A DNA stretch of 64,000 bases. Source: Dudresnaya verticillata (Eukaryota). The notes beneath the pieces are model-generated. The model did not search any database. It was not told the DNA's origin and was given only the letters and a program-made list of their open reading frames with translations. The position numbers and the translations under genes were made by a program. Below are positions 46,607 to 58,838 of this stretch, piece by piece. The stretch lies in NCBI GenBank assembly GCA_977862235.1, contig OZ374557.1, positions 62,001-126,000 of the forward strand, read 5' to 3'. The number at the start of each line of letters is the position of its first letter. The stretch's first letter is position 1.

Positions 46607-49600
46607 ATGGATGCGGTTGTCGGCATTGTAGACCCGCAAAGGAAAGTGACGTCGGTCTTACAAGGAAGGATGGATGAAAATGGAGTCTACGAAACTCAAA
46701 CCTTACAGGTTCAACATGACGTAGTGCGAGATTCTACTACAAGCACTATGGAAGTATGTAATGAATCTTCTGTGAGATTCACTCACAGCCCTGGAGAGAT
46801 GCCGTTAGCAGCTGCAGATCAAAATGTTGCGCTTCCGAATGGCCTAACACGGCCGTTCGTGCAGCCGTGAGGGATAAGACACACGTAGGGACAGGTTCTC
46901 ATGCGCCAGCACGGACCCGCAGCAATTCCACTACGGCTGCGGCACCACCACCGCTGGTACCGTCTAGGCAGCAAAGGGCACAGCCTGCACATACAGTTGG
47001 AGCTTCTATTTTCAACGATTACCTAAGCTTTGCTAGAACACTGGATGAACCTGCTCTTCTCAAGAGGGCTGTAGATTTCTGTGTGGGTAATTTGTCCGCG
47101 TTGAACTGCAATCCGTCCCCGCATGCGCTGCATGTTTCGCATGGAACATGTGACGGTCGAAAGGTTGCTATTGCATCGGCAACCTATCAGTGCGAAGAAA
47201 GTAGGGAAAGCTATCTGGGTTTTCTACGGCAATCTGTGACTGTAAAAATCCCAGGACTGTTTGTGTTACGTTTTCGCATGATGGCTCTTGTTTGAAGGCC
47301 ATCTGCTCATGTAATGCAATTGCCCACAACGTTTGCAAGCCCTCCAAGGCTTTCCTTCAGAATCAGAACCTTCAAGAGTTTGCTACTGACGTACTATCAG
47401 AAACCAGTCCGGCTGGAATTGGGCTCTACCAGGAGTACGTCAGTGTCGACGTCGACATGGAAGGGGGATGTCCAGTTACAGAACTGATTACATTGTCTAA
47501 CAATTTGGCAGAGGAACGCAGAAAATGGGCTGTATGGCTATGTTTTGATAACACAACAAGCGTGTTCATCCCTGTGATGAAGAAGCCAGACCAACATCAT
47601 CAATGCCAAGCTTGCAGGCGGTCATCCTACAAAAGAAGCTCCTGTCTTCACGAAATCTGTTCCTCTAGTGCCGGCTACCGTGGTCAAAATCCCGTAAATG
47701 CGAACACGGATAAACACGCTAGCACTCTGGGCGAGGGAGACGACCTGCAAACATACTGCCCCATCGACATTTCACGATCTATGTATCCTTGTTCCCCAGA
47801 GTCTCTTGCAATGAGAAATTTGGCAAGGAGAATTGACATTCTAGAGCAGGAGGAAACTATCCTTCTGTACGACCCGCCAAATATTTTCTGTTCACAATGC
47901 AGAACTACTCCCTTCCATGATAGCCATATTAAGCGCCGAGCTACGCTGTTTACTCTATCTCAGGGTACTGTCGAAGTTGTCGTACAAGACGCTCGCTGTA
48001 TCTGTGGAAAACGTTTCCATACACTGGAAGATGGGATGCGGTCTTTCCCGTCCGCAAGGAGTCATTATACACAACTGAGCTGATGTATGAACTCGTAGAC
48101 GCAGTCTTCACCTGGGCTATTCCGGTTCGAAGTGCGTATTCTATCATAACTCGTGTCGGACGCTCTGATAGTAACCGATTTCGAATGGGTAAGCGGTCAT
48201 ACATGAACGAGAAGAAGCGCAGCAGAAGGCGAATAAGTGAAGCTTTTGGATATTTTCTGATGACCATCAGCCTTAGTTGGGAGGAGCGTGGTGAACTATT
48301 CTCCTGCTCCAAATGTGAGGTACCCCTGAGCACAGAAGACAAACGCGCCCTTGGTTTGAACGAAAATGAGGACTATAGCGATATGAAAAGGCACAAAGGG
48401 GTCGTGATAGACGGCACCTCGGCAGGAATTATGCAGTCCCTACCAACGTTTGAGCGTCATACAGTATCACTGAATGGTGTCAATCTCAGCAACAAGGTGA
48501 TGATGAAATCCAAGGCCAACAGGGTCGCCTTAAAAAACTTGTTCTAAGCAGCGCGGAGAGCGATACTGAAGGCTGCTAAAAGGAACCACCAGTCAAGCGT
48601 GTCCTTCCCGCTATAGAAAATACTTTCGCAGAATCTAATAGACATTCTGCGTCTATATCTGGACAGGACTATTTGCTTCTGCAATAGAAGCCCTTCACAC
48701 AGTCGAACCTGAAATCGAAAGAGGAAGCGATACGGGGGGAGAAGGACTGCAAGCCGCTGAGCACTTTGTTGGAGCAAAACTTCAGAATTGTTTCCGAAGG
48801 GACATCAAGCGATCGCGTTGAAATTAGACTCAATGAGGTCGAGCAGGACGGTGAGGAAGATGAGTGCGGTCCGAATACTGGTAACACTGAAAGCACGGAC
48901 CCTGAAACTGATGATGAGAGAAACCGGCCGCAGTGGATTGCCCGTATCGTTTTAGGTAATTTGCACTGTACGGGACAATTCCTCGACGCAATGATTGACC
49001 TTGTGGAATTCCTGGTGACCGAGAATGCACTTTTTTGTTACGTTGTCCCAGCTCCAGGGGCGCCTGCAACATTCTGTGGAGGGGAAGAAGCTGATATTGC
49101 CCTCGTCAGTTCTGGTTCATCAGAGCCCAACAATGAAAAATTTTCAAGTAATGGGAAACCGAACACCTCTTTGAAAGGATTACCATCTCCATCCTTTGCA
49201 CTGCACAACGCGATTGTTTCCTCTTTGACTAGACTCGCCACGTGCGATCACGTGGGGCCTGGGCTGGTCTGTGATAACTGCATCTCTGCACTATCCTCGT
49301 CATTCATAAAAGTAGAGGAAGTCAATCCTATCCTGTATCGATTTGGTACCCAGCTCATGTTTATTCTGGAAAGGGCAAGATCTGAAACGAAAACAATTGC
49401 GGGTCACGTTGCAAACCTGCTTCAAGAACACATTCGTGCTGCGAGAAGTGCCTGCCGCGACTACGACAGAAATGTTCCTGCACCTACAAAGAGCTTTGGA
49501 GAAATGTACGGTTCTGTGTTACAGGAACCGATGGATAGTATCAACAAAGCCCGAAAGACAGGAATTTGTTTCCCTGAAAGAACCATGTAGCGCCCACAAA

Positions 49601-50178
49601 TCGTCTTTGACCGCAAAGAGAGTCATCATTGCACGAAGAGATACCCAAAGTGTCAGCGCTTCAGTCCTGGTATTGTGACGGTGCAGTGCGTTTGTGAGCA
49701 TCCAAAATGCATTGGATATATTGTCATAAAACAGGCAGAGTCTACATCTCTTGCGATATCTTCCGTCCTTTCCCACTTCAAAGTGCCTCCAAGAGTCATA
49801 TACTATGACAATGGATGTAACCTGTTCAACTCAGCGCTCGTACGCGTTCCATGGCTTCTACATACCGCAAAGGTTGCAGTGGATAGATTCCACTACAAAG
49901 GGCATAAGTGCAGCCCATTTTTTGACGCTGACTACTACAGGTCAAACGACAGTCAACGCAGCACGGCTGCGGAGTCTATCAACTCAAGACTAGAAAAGTC
50001 TACCCCTTTTCTACGCTTTCTGCAGGGGGAGCATCTCGTCCCATTTCTAACGACGAGGCTTGCGAGCCTAAATCTATCTGCGACCTTTCGACAGATTAAC
50101 GGCCAGGCTGACTTGGAAGATAGGGACATGAAGCCATTCTACAGAGATCTCAGTCTCTGTGACTACGCGAACTGCTAG
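46607..50178 (+). pseudogene. KDZ (Kyakuja-Dileera-Zisupton)-type transposase with CxC cysteine clusters, disrupted
   Basis: Ordered motifs CQAC..SCLHE, CSQC..ATLFTL..C.CG, FSCSKC..VVIDGT, C.C.H..IGY....ES, IYYDNGCNL, VDRFHYKGHKC and AAESINSRL, with several stops and frameshifts. Confidence 0.8.
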
Positions 50179-50305
50179 AATCCGCAGGTAGCCCGCTATG
50201 ACGTCGTGAAGGAAGTTTTCGACTACTAGTAAGAAGCTGACGTTGTTGCACAGCGATGCAGCGAGACCTATCATCTGCTGAGAATATGCATGCAGCCGGC
50301 CGAGC

Positions 50306-51853
50306 TTGGCGTATATACGCAATGACCCGTTGAAATTTGTGGGAGTGTACGGACAGGAGGGCGAACTGCCGTCTATGGCAGGCCTATTGACGTCTGTGGC
50401 ACGTTGTCCCAGCTCGGATATTGGATATTGGGAAACGGTATCTTTCTGTTCAGTGCGCCTTGATCAGCGTAATCTTCATCGATTTGAGTTGGGTATAAAT
50501 GATCTTCCTGATGCACTGGATGTCTGCGTAGACCACCTCCCACATCCGTCACATTTTGGAAACGCTCACTCACTCTGCCGAGATAATCGATTGCGTGCGC
50601 CTGCTTTGGAAACAAACTATTTCTATCACTAACATAACCTTAACCTTAAGAAACTTATTTGCTTTCCTCATGATGAGGTCTGAAGAGCGCCGTGCTGTTC
50701 GTGCCCGAACTGTGGAAGGGCTGAGTCTACAGGCACTTGACCTGCTCGACAAAACAGCCGAAGCACCGGCCCAATGGAATGGGGGAAGGTTTTATCTCAT
50801 TCAAGAAATCGACCGAACAGGACCAAGTGGATCTTCTGGTGAGCATTCTGGTCAAATCAGAGTGCTCTACCCAGACGCAATTGACTTCTCACGACCAATA
50901 TGCCAAAGACTGACAGCAAACTTTGTCAATGACATTCTTCTGTTCAGTTTGGAGACTAAAGGTGTCGGAGGGGCTGCTGAAGACCGCGCAGAGATTGACG
51001 AGGATCCAACCAACGCTGCATTCAGATGCGCAGAGCCTTTGGAATGGTTTCCAGCAGAAAGATATTCCCTATCATCAACCACCCAGGCTGCAAGTGTGCA
51101 TGTCCCCTTGCAGCATTTCAATAAGTTCAAGAACCTTGAATATGATTCTTTGTACAACTTCTACAAGGGGTTCATTTACGGATCCATCTCTTATATGAAG
51201 AGCTTACCTCAGCACAAAGGCAAAAAGTTTAGATCCCCGTTTGCTGCCATGACTCCACCATGGGTGAGGGAGCGCATATGCTGCGGGACGGAGAATATTC
51301 GTACGACAAGTCTACAATTCCGCCGATGAGACGAATGAGAAACATTAGAAGCTCTCGAAGTCTGATGGCTGCCATACTGGCAGCGTTCTACCAGCACTAG
51401 TTCAGCTATGCTAAACAAATACTAGATGTTATGGTGAATCATCCAGAGAAGCTTCAGGGAGATTTATCCGACCTATTCACAGACTGTGGTGCCGAAAAGG
51501 AAGGCAACAGAAGTTGGGCTGGGAGTGAATAAATGATAACTGGTACGCCAAGGCCAAGTACGTGCGCACCAAGGGCAAGCGACCTCACAATTGAGGAATT
51601 GGCTCCTGTGCCGCAAACGCCTATGGATATGGCCGCCGCTTCCCCATTACCATCTGCAGAGAGTCAGGTTGAATCACAACGTGAATCTACAGAAAGTACA
51701 GGGGATACTGGAGATGATGTAGTCCTTGGCACCCCTCCTCCTGTTCCAACTTCGTCTGAGGGCATTACAATGGATCAACTATGCTCATCAGGTGAGTGCA
51801 CAAGGGCTCCGGTTCAACAAGAATCGGCCCAGCAGTACCTTCAACGTGTGTGA
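50306..51853 (+). pseudogene. Unidentified fragmented coding region downstream of the KDZ transposase
   Basis: Co-oriented ORF pieces of 108, 257 and 106 aa with coding-like composition; no recognisable motif. Confidence 0.4.
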
Positions 51854-53391
51854 TCCCGTCAGCAGAACGTTGCAAGAGGGATCCAGAGCGTCTTTGACAA
51901 TGTCCCTTCAAGTGCTGCAGCGCGCGCACATGGGAATGGTAGCGAATCCACAGAAACAGATATCGACCGGGACATTGCCGAAGTTTTCCGCTCTGAGGTT
52001 GACAAGAATGGTCCGTATTGCACCGCTGTTGTCCGCTTCCACGGTAGGTCAATTCGTGTGTACTGCTCTCTCGGGTATTTTTGTTGTGCAAGAATAAGCA
52101 GTGGCGGAGTTTCAGGAGCCTCGTCGGCTGCGGCTCACGTGCGCGACGTGTAGGGCACCAACGCATCCCGAGTGCATGGCACAGTCGCAGAATAGCAGTG
52201 GAGCACGCCTTCAGCTCATCTGCATTGCCTACACCCGAAACTGGAAGTAATATGTACAAGTGATGTTCACAGCGCCCGCACGCATTGAAGGGGGCTACGT
52301 TGGTAGGCCAAAGACGGAAGGAAGTTGGGGACTTGGAGTGGAGTGTGAACAGCGCCCGCACGCGATTAAGGGGGGAAGGAGGACCGTGGTGTGGAAGAGT
52401 ACGGTATTGTAGCAGGTTAGGAAGTGGTTTCCAACGTTTTGGTGGCTCAGGGAGCATGAAAACGAGTCTCCAAGCAGAAAGTGAGACTGTCATCTAGCTA
52501 GCTAGTACAGTATCGTAGCAATTCGTAGAAATTCAAAGCCCACGTACGCCATAGTAAAATCCCGCGGCAACGCTGGACAAACATCATTTCTCCGATATCT
52601 GCATTTCTCCGTAGCCCACGCCAGACCGGATACCCAGCGACCAGCGGCAATCGTAGTATCCGCCAGCAATGCAATCAGCTGCCTTCCACGAGCGGAACTG
52701 TGGCATACGTGGCCTCCTGGCACGGACCGGTCCGGACCGGTCCGGGTCGGAGACAGCCCGGTCCGCTTCAGCCAGAGCGGGCACTCTAAACTGTAATACT
52801 TTGCTGTAAGACATGGCTTACACTGCCACCGTGAAGCAGAGCCCACCAGAGCCCATCAGAGTCGCTCTTTTGTACCGAAAGGGTACACTAGCTGTCCAAG
52901 TTTTACTTGGACAACAAAAAGGGTTCATTTCCAGCATACGTACGCATACAATGATTGGCTCTCCTTCGTTGCCGTGTACCTTGCCAAGTTGTTCATAAAC
53001 GGCCTGTTTTCGCATGTAACGCTCCTTTACCTACCTGCGCAGTTGTATCTACGTGCTGAACGTGCCGTACTCGCCTGAAGGTGCAAATGATTGCAATAAC
53101 AGGGGACGGGTGGGGAAGGCGAGAGAAAGGGAGGCGTATGATTAAGGAGAGGAGGGCAGCAAAGGAATAAAGGAAATAGTAAGTTGACCTGAGAATGTCT
53201 TTTTGACCAAGTGCTGTGCCGCTTCGAGCCGTCGGCCTACACGACCCTAGAACGCCACCGTCAGTTGGACCCGGCGGCTTAGGCGAGCCCAGAAGGCCAC
53301 CGCCGGAGTACGGGCAACGGTATTGGGACAGCGCGGCAACAACTTGCAACAATCCTGGAACACGGATAATGTAGGATTATTCCGGAGACTG

Positions 53392-53769
53392 TGTCGGAAC
53401 ACGCGAACTGTAAGCGTGTAGGCGGAGGTAGACGGTAGCGGCAACTTGGTTTGGTTTCGCTACGGGGCGCCTCGGGGGGCGCGCGCAGTGCGCACGGCGA
53501 TAATTTGTAGAGCGAAAGGACCTTTACTAAGGTGAGCTGGTTGAGCGTGTTGTTCTGTGTGGGTGTCTGTATGTCTGCCGCTAGCCGGCAGACGAGAGCA
53601 TCTTAACTGCGCTTTGCCAGCCCGGATCCGCTAGTCGGAGCCGGAGAGTGAGCAACTAAAGAATTACTAAGACTCAAGCGGTAGCCTTGACTCTCCTCGA
53701 AGGAGGAGAGTCAGTATTAACCATTACGGGGAATAGCCGTCGCGTCGTCACCATCACTGTATTTCCACT
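53392..53769 (-). mobile_element. Solo LTR of the Copia family seen at 62134-62499
   Basis: Reverse-complement homologue of 62134-62499 with TSD GACTG (53387-53391 and 53770-53774). Confidence 0.9.
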
Positions 53770-54661
53770 GACTGGTCCCACTGTGGAAATTAAAGGCGGC
53801 CTGCCATGGTCTTACAAACACACCACAAATAAAATCTGACGCAACGCACGAATTACGAATAGCCAAGTGTCTGACTCTGTGCGGAGATAACCGCTCTCTT
53901 CAGCAGTTTAACAAACAAAAGGGATCAACCTTGGGTTCGCGAAGCAGAAATAATTTTTATCTACTCCAGATAAGAGCCTGGGGACCTTCATGTGATCCCA
54001 GAGCTGGGACACGCCTGGGAGCGCGTGATCATAATATCTGCTATGATTTGGCTTGTAAGCCCCCGTTTGTATCAAGGGGCTCCACTCAGCGAGCTCTAAC
54101 TGCCTGCTGATGAGTTCATTCTGGGGCACGCATATCCCCTTCCTACTAGAGTGTTAGGCTTGTGCCATCTGGCAGGGATACATTTCTGTTTCGTGTGGCA
54201 CATTTGGGTTTCTTGAATAGTCGCGGAAATGTTTGCTCTAGCACCATGATGGTTAGCAACTGCCCTACTTACATCAAATGCCTGTCGCAACTCTAGTTCA
54301 TTTACGTATCACTAAACCACATTTCTGGCTTCACACCTCTACGACTGTGCGACTTGTGTACAACAAATGTGGAGCAACTAGGAGGAATGTATACCACAGC
54401 ATGACTGATTGTCTCTCTGGTTTCATACAATCTACCTCAAGAAGGGGAACGGTTTGGGAAAGAACTTTCGTTTCTGAACAGAATCGTACGACACAGAACA
54501 GCAAAAATATGAATAGCCTCTCTTAGGTCTCGGTTCATACAGCATGCCTATATCACGGCACGTGCGAAGATATTCTGTAACTATAACTACCCTACAAATC
54601 ACAACGTCAATCACTGCAGTGGATTCTACTGTATACATCTTCAGTTGAGTTTGCACAACAT

Positions 54662-54953
54662 GTACCTGCCCGCGGAGGCGGACGGGTGGTGCAGTGGTTC
54701 ACCGCTGCGCCGTTGATTCCGGGAAACCGAGTTCGACTCCCGCCAGGTCCCATGGTTCTACAATTTTCTCAAGGATGTTTCCCCACCGGGGTTGTTTGCC
54801 CATTCTTCTCATGGAGCCGGCTGGACTGCCTCCAAATTACGGGTGTAAGCCCGTCTAGTGTACCATAGAGTAGATACCTGGTTGGTAGGGCGTGTGCCTG
54901 CAAATGGGCCCTAGTCGCCCGCGCAACCGCGCACGTTAGAGATTCAATAAAGT
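54662..54953 (+). mobile_element. Candidate tRNA-derived SINE (292 bp)
   Basis: A-box TGGTGCAGTGG and B-box GAGTTCGACTCC in a degenerate tRNA-like head (54680-54752), AATAAA near the 3' end, and a 7-bp flanking direct repeat ACAACAT (54655-54661 and 54954-54960). Confidence 0.65.
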
Positions 54954-55119
54954 ACAACATCACAACAGCGCTTCAAAATCATGTGGACAAAACTTATTAA
55001 GTTTGCCAAAATGCAGATTAGTGTAACCGCTTCTGTCTGTTTCCGAATATTCATTATGCCACACCTTTTCTCAACGTTTTGGTCTTACGTATACCATAGA
55101 TATATCTTTTTAATGGCCG

Positions 55120-56324
55120 TGTGGTATAGACGCTGTGCGCAAAACGACTCCGTGGTCTACGTGGGAATAATCGAGAAATACGAATTTCTAAGTGACTCCG
55201 TGAATGCGCACGCCACGATTGCAAACGTATTACACTGCGCATACTGTGCGCGCGCCACGCTGGCATTCGTATTACAGTGCGCACGTGATACGAAATCGCT
55301 GACGCCTCCGGACGAATTCCGAGCTGACTTCGCGATCGCGCGCGCCACGATGGCATTCGCATTACAGTGCGCACCCGATACGAAATCGCTGACACCTTCG
55401 TGGTCTTCCCGTTGTTTCCTGCGCGTAACGGCACCGAGGCCCACGACGCGGGTGCACCTCCGTCTGCATCGCTGGCGCACTTCGTAGCCGCCACCATACG
55501 TGAGATATCCGTTCGTTGGCACCGAGGCCGCTACGAATCATTCGAGTTCGGTGTCTTCATCCGGATCACCTCTACCGACGTGCGGGCTCGTCTGTATTCT
55601 ATTCATTGCGCGCGCGCGCACGTCTGTAAGCTATTCCTTACCCCCGGATGCGCGGCTGCATGGCGACGACGACTTGTCAGACGCACAGGCGCGCGACACG
55701 CGTGCCGAGTTCCCGCGCGCCACGCCGCGCCGCCGCAGCCCGCGTCGTAGCGATAGTATATTAGGTAACCAGTCTGGGACGTTCAGTAAATCCCGGCAAG
55801 CCGGCCTCGGACCTGAAACCCCTTCGCTAGTGCGTACTTCCCGTTATCAACGAAGGCAACTGCGCAGCTCCGCCCGCGCTTCCGCGTCTGCCTACGTCCT
55901 TGACGCGTCTCTCTCTCTTTCTCTCTCCTTTCTCCCATTCTTTCTCTTTCTCTCTCCTTTCTGTGGCCTTTTTGCACTTCTACCGCCCAGGGCGTTTCCA
56001 GTCCGCCCTCGGCGTGTTACCTACGCTCTACCAAACCCTCGCTACTAGCGCGCTACCCCGGGTCCGAAGTACCTGGAGGTGCTACTCGTCGCTAGACGGT
56101 TTGCACCACAATCCGGAGCCACCCCCGGTGATCGATCGCTAGAGTTCTCCCTTCCGCGCACGAATACGTTGAAACCGTGGTCCTTCGTGTTCGTCGCCCC
56201 GCTCTACCACGCTACTACCCCTTTTATTTTCTCCGTTAGGCTACGAGGCCACACGTTAGGCACCGAGGCCATTCCTTACAGTTCGAGACTTCCCCGCGTC
56301 TCCGTGGACATTCGTTGCACCACA
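55120..56324 (+). repeat. Long-variant (1205 bp) family B 5' LTR
   Basis: Both ends match the 843-bp LTRs; the middle (~55547-56110) is longer and largely different. Confidence 0.85.
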
Positions 56325-56395
56325 CTGGTCTCCCGACCTAGAACGTGGTTCCGAAGTTCCGCATTTATTCTTAATTTGTTGCTACCCGAGACACG

Positions 56396-58838
56396 ATGTC
56401 TCACGCTCCGAGGCGTCCCGATTCGCCGGTACCGAAACCCTATGACGTACCGATTCCGGAGCTCCCGTTGCTCGACTCGAACGTGAGTGACCGAGAACCG
56501 CTTTCTCGCGCTCGCGCTTCACGTATGACGGAACCCGATCTTTGTGCAGACTCGCTTTCGCAGGCTCACGGTAGCCACTCCAAACTTTCGCATACGTACA
56601 CTCCGTTTGAACTCGTTCCCTCGGATACCGTCGATCGACTCTTCTCGATAAAAGAAGTCTCCGGTGCCGAGCTACGTCTACTCTACGAAGAGATCATCGA
56701 CGCGCTGTCCACTGCGTACCGTATGATGCAGCTTTCCATTCGTAATACGCAGAATCGAGGTCACGCAGAGTTTGACAATCTCCGTAGGATCGAAGACTCA
56801 CTCGAGAGTCTACGGGATCTTGTCTCGGGAGTCAGCAACCGTTTCCTCGTGCTCGAACGCAGCGCAACCGCCCCCGTGGGCAAGGCGAGTCACTCGCTTC
56901 CCGCTCGCAGCTCGCGCCGGTTTACGGAGGAACAGTTAAAAGCTATTCGTGACATCGTGTCCGCCGCGTTACCGAAGGAAAAGACTCGAAGTCGCGAAGA
57001 TCGTCCCGAAGCCCGCCCTGACCCCCGCAATTCGCCGCTAGTTCAACCCGTGCAAGCCCCAGGTGCCCAATCTACGTTACCGAAAAACACGTATCCGAAT
57101 CCGTTTCCGCACCCCTCATCGCATCAGGCAACCGATGCCTCCGACATCCCCCGTATCAACCCTGCAGTGTTCCGAGGTTCACTTCAAACACCGATGTCCC
57201 ACGGAGGACCCGCAATCGAAAATCCCTTATCGCTCGTGGGACCCGTCTCATCGTTCTGTCACTGGGGACCGCTCGAGCCGGGCGTCGAACCGATACCGAC
57301 GCTCATTCCCGAATTCGCGCGGGCCGTAAGCTATCGATCGTATAGACTCACGAATTCGTCACCTCGGGGTAACCAACACGAAGTATTCCGAGGTAACACG
57401 TCGAAAACCGTTTCGGGCATGCGTTCAATGATGTCGAGACTCGAGAAGTTTACGGGGCGTGATCCGATTAAGGTTCTCGCATTTCTTCGTGATATTCGAC
57501 AAGCGCTGAATGGAGTCGGGCTCACCGAAGGAGCAGTAGTTCGAACGATTTCGTGGTTCCTCGACGAGACCGCGCTCAAGGTGTATCAACACTATGCCTT
57601 CGGAGGCGTTCGTACTGGCAACCCGGTTTGCTGGTCCGCTATCGTTAAAATATTGCTACACCGATTTCTCATGGAAGACGTAATCGCTGACGCACACGAT
57701 CGCGTGAATACCGCGAAGCAGAAGAGCGAAGAAACCGAGATGGAATTCGCGACTCGCCTACAAGGCTACGCGGATGTCTGCTGCGGTGTCTACGATGACT
57801 CTTCGTTCATGCACCAATTTATACGTGGACTACTACCTACTATGTACCCTATCGTAGCCGACCAGGTTCGCCGTTTACCGTTGTCCGAGCAAAAGAACTT
57901 CATGAGCATACAACGAATCGCGAAAGCCGAAGGTACGACATCCCGAGCTCGCGAACAACGTGACACCGCGGCCCAACAGTCGCCTGATTCGAAGAACCGA
58001 GTGTCTGCTACGTACCCGAGGAGTCGCCAAGCGCCCGGATGCACGATGCTTATCGAAGCTTGCGATACTCCTGGGAGTGAATGAGAGTACCCGATGAACG
58101 AAGATCCGCAAATGGCCGTGAGGATGATTCGTTCAGGACCCGGGTCCACGTCCGCTACAGCGACTAATTCGAGAACGGTCTCCGTGGACGATAGGTTAGA
58201 TCTCACGAGTCGCATCGAGCGTTTCGTAACCGCGCGTGTCCCCCCAATGACCTCGGAGCAAATCGAGATGGCCCGTTCGATGATCCCGAAGAACCAGGAT
58301 GCGTGGCCGTGTTGGTTCTGTCGCGAAATCGGTCACCTGATGTATTCGTGACCGTATCCCACGAAGGAGAAACAACTCTACTGCGCATATCAGAACTATA
58401 TCTATCAACTCGAGACGAGACTGTATACGCGTCACAACTTCGTGAATGGCGGTGCCGCAAGGGGGAATTCGTTCGCGTCCGTTGACAATCGAGGTCACCC
58501 TGGACAGGACTCCCCAGGACCGCGTGACAATCGGGTAAACCGAGACCTTCGTCAAAGCGATATGCGCCACCCGAGGTCCCAAGCCCAGCGTCATGTCAGC
58601 TTCGAGCGTCGAGGACCGCTGACCGCCCTCCGCAATCCGAGACACGCGCAGGCTCCGGGCCGCCAACCGATTCTCGCAGTCCGTGAAAAAGTTGACGCGA
58701 TTGAGGTGGGTCACCCGAACCTGCCCTCGGAGGCTTACAAAGACTCCGCGAATAACGGAAGAGGTGATCGATGAACCACCCCTTTGGACGCGGATCCTCT
58801 TAATTCGGATTCTAGTTCGAGCTCGGAAAATGAGTAAA
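56396..58838 (+). pseudogene. Gag of the second family B copy
   Basis: 562-aa ORF plus stop-interrupted pieces, highly similar to 36570-39026. Confidence 0.85.

Noticed and set aside
50306..52497. TET/JBP dioxygenase cargo expected beside KDZ transposases
   Set aside because: No HxD...H 2OG-Fe(II) motif pattern was recognisable in these ORFs.
27300..52800. Long terminal inverted repeats or TSD for the helicase-KDZ unit
   Set aside because: None was found by eye beyond the 14-bp boxes, so the element boundaries remain unproven.
53908..54656. Fragmented minus-strand ORFs as a gene
   Set aside because: Possibly a decayed coding region, but no motif supports a call.
54680..54752. Functional tRNA gene
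   Set aside because: The acceptor and T stems are mismatched and there is no clean anticodon arm; treated as a tRNA-derived head instead.
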